Source: Eledone cirrhosa
Lineage: Eukaryota
Reading direction: 5' to 3'
Assembly (NCBI GenBank): GCA_964016885.1
Contig: OZ024740.1
Coordinates: 211,048,001 to 211,112,000, forward strand
Length of the DNA stretch: 64,000 bases
The position numbers and the translations under genes are program-made. Positions 62,790 through 64,000 of this stretch are shown in pieces. How positions within the stretch are numbered: position 1 is the stretch's first letter; every line of letters starts with the position of its first letter. Below the pieces are notes generated by a model. That model searched no databases. It saw only the letters and a program-made list of their open reading frames with translations, and had not been told where the DNA came from.

Positions 62790-63453
62790 AGATAAACAAG
62801 ATCAACACCACTGCCAACACACCAGTCACAGTCGGTGGAGAGCCCATTACGTTTGTCTATGTAGGAAGTGTGGTTGATTGACGTGGGGGAACTGACTGAG
62901 ACATCACAGCCAGGATTTGTATGGCAAGGGCAGCTTTCATCTTGCTAAAGAACATCTGGGCATCAAAAGAGATCTGACCAAGAACTAAATGTCACATCTT
63001 CAAATCCAATGTGAAGGTGGTACTGCTGTACGGATGTGAAACTTGGAGGACAACAAAGAAGATACAGCAGAAGATCCAGACATTCTTCAACACCTGTCTG
63101 TAGTACATCTATAACATCAAATGGCCAGAGAAAATCAGAAACAAATATCTGTGTGGGCGAGTGGAACAGAAACCAGTGGCAAAGCTGATTCTGTAGAAGA
63201 AGTGGTGCTGGATTGGACATACCTTTAAGAAACTAGCATCCAACACCACAGACCAAGCCCTGACCTGAAACCCAACAGGTAAGAGGAAGTGAGGCTGGCC
63301 CTGTGGCAACTGAAGGCGTGACACTGAGGCTGAATTAAGAAACCTGGACGCCAACTGGAGTGGAGTGGTGAGAGCAGCCCAGGATCGTGTACAATGGTGG
63401 GGGGTCATCAATGGCCTATGCTCCACAGAGAGTATTGGGACTGAATGAATGAA
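62790..63453 (+). mobile_element. RTE (BovB/SR2-like) LINE 3' fragment
   Basis: FVYVGSVVD..DITARI..ARAAF..IFKSNVKVVLLYGCETWRTTKKIQQKIQTFFNTCL..WIGHT..AQDR; (TGAA)n tail. Confidence 0.85.
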
Positions 63454-63978
63454 TGATATATATATATATATATATATAGGTATATATAAGACCCGGGACA
63501 GTATTACAGAAGACCTGACTTCCCATGGGTACAAGCCGAAGCTGAAGCATGTAGACAGTATGCCCCATCCTGCTCCCACTGTAAAGTGGTCATGTAGGTG
63601 CCACGATAAAAAGCACCCAGTACTCACTGTAAATGAGTTTGGTGTTAGGAAGGGCATCCAGCTATAGAAATCAAGCCAAAATCAGTTCTGTATGAGCAAG
63701 ACATGGTCACCTGACCTGGCATTACCCACAACAGGACAACTCGTCTAACCCATGCTATTGTCGAAGAATGGACGTAAAACACTGATGATGATGATATATA
63801 CATGGTTGAAATGGCCATTAAGGATATGTCAGAACAAAAGTTGCACGATCTTGTATGATGTCTACTACATTAGACCAAATATGTTGGTATAAAAGCTCTA
63901 CTTTGTTAGGAATAAAGTCAGGATTAACAGTTGCTAGTAATTACTTAATTTTTCTTATCCATATCTTAAACTTCTTAC

Positions 63979-64000
63979 CATATTGAAGAGAGTTTGTTGT
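63979..64000 (-). CDS. R3HDM1: Probable upstream exon of the R3H/SUZ gene, cut by the window edge
   Basis: ..ACAACAAACTCTCTTCAATATG|gtaag reads TTNSLQY+G; phase 1 is compatible with exon 60885-61019. Confidence 0.45.

Overview
AT-rich, repeat-dense eukaryotic (animal) DNA. The SINE, RTE and Penelope complement and the many (TA)n tracts suggest an octopus or other coleoid cephalopod genome; this is inferred, not verified. Most six-frame ORFs are microsatellite noise. One host gene is recognisable on the minus strand: an R3H+SUZ RNA-binding protein (R3HDM1/R3HDM2/ARPP21/encore family). I assembled it by hand from nine phase-compatible GT-AG exons between 61019 and 27005, including a 24-nt microexon, plus a probable tenth exon cut by the right edge. 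The rest is transposable elements and minisatellites: Penelope-like elements (PLEs), RTE LINEs with a PHD-like finger inside the RT region, CR1- and CRE-type fragments, tRNA-derived SINEs, hAT/piggyBac/Tc-mariner MITEs and Helitrons. The most striking pattern is a set of sequence-unrelated 'hairpin plus one-sided tail' elements, mostly next to (TA)n tracts. They copy the architecture of a near-complete PLE here (inverted pLTR, minimal hammerhead ribozyme). Four of them share a bulged stem-loop, ACTC-TAC-loop-GTA-TY-GAGT-AC. Coordinates were counted by eye; repeat boundaries are approximate.
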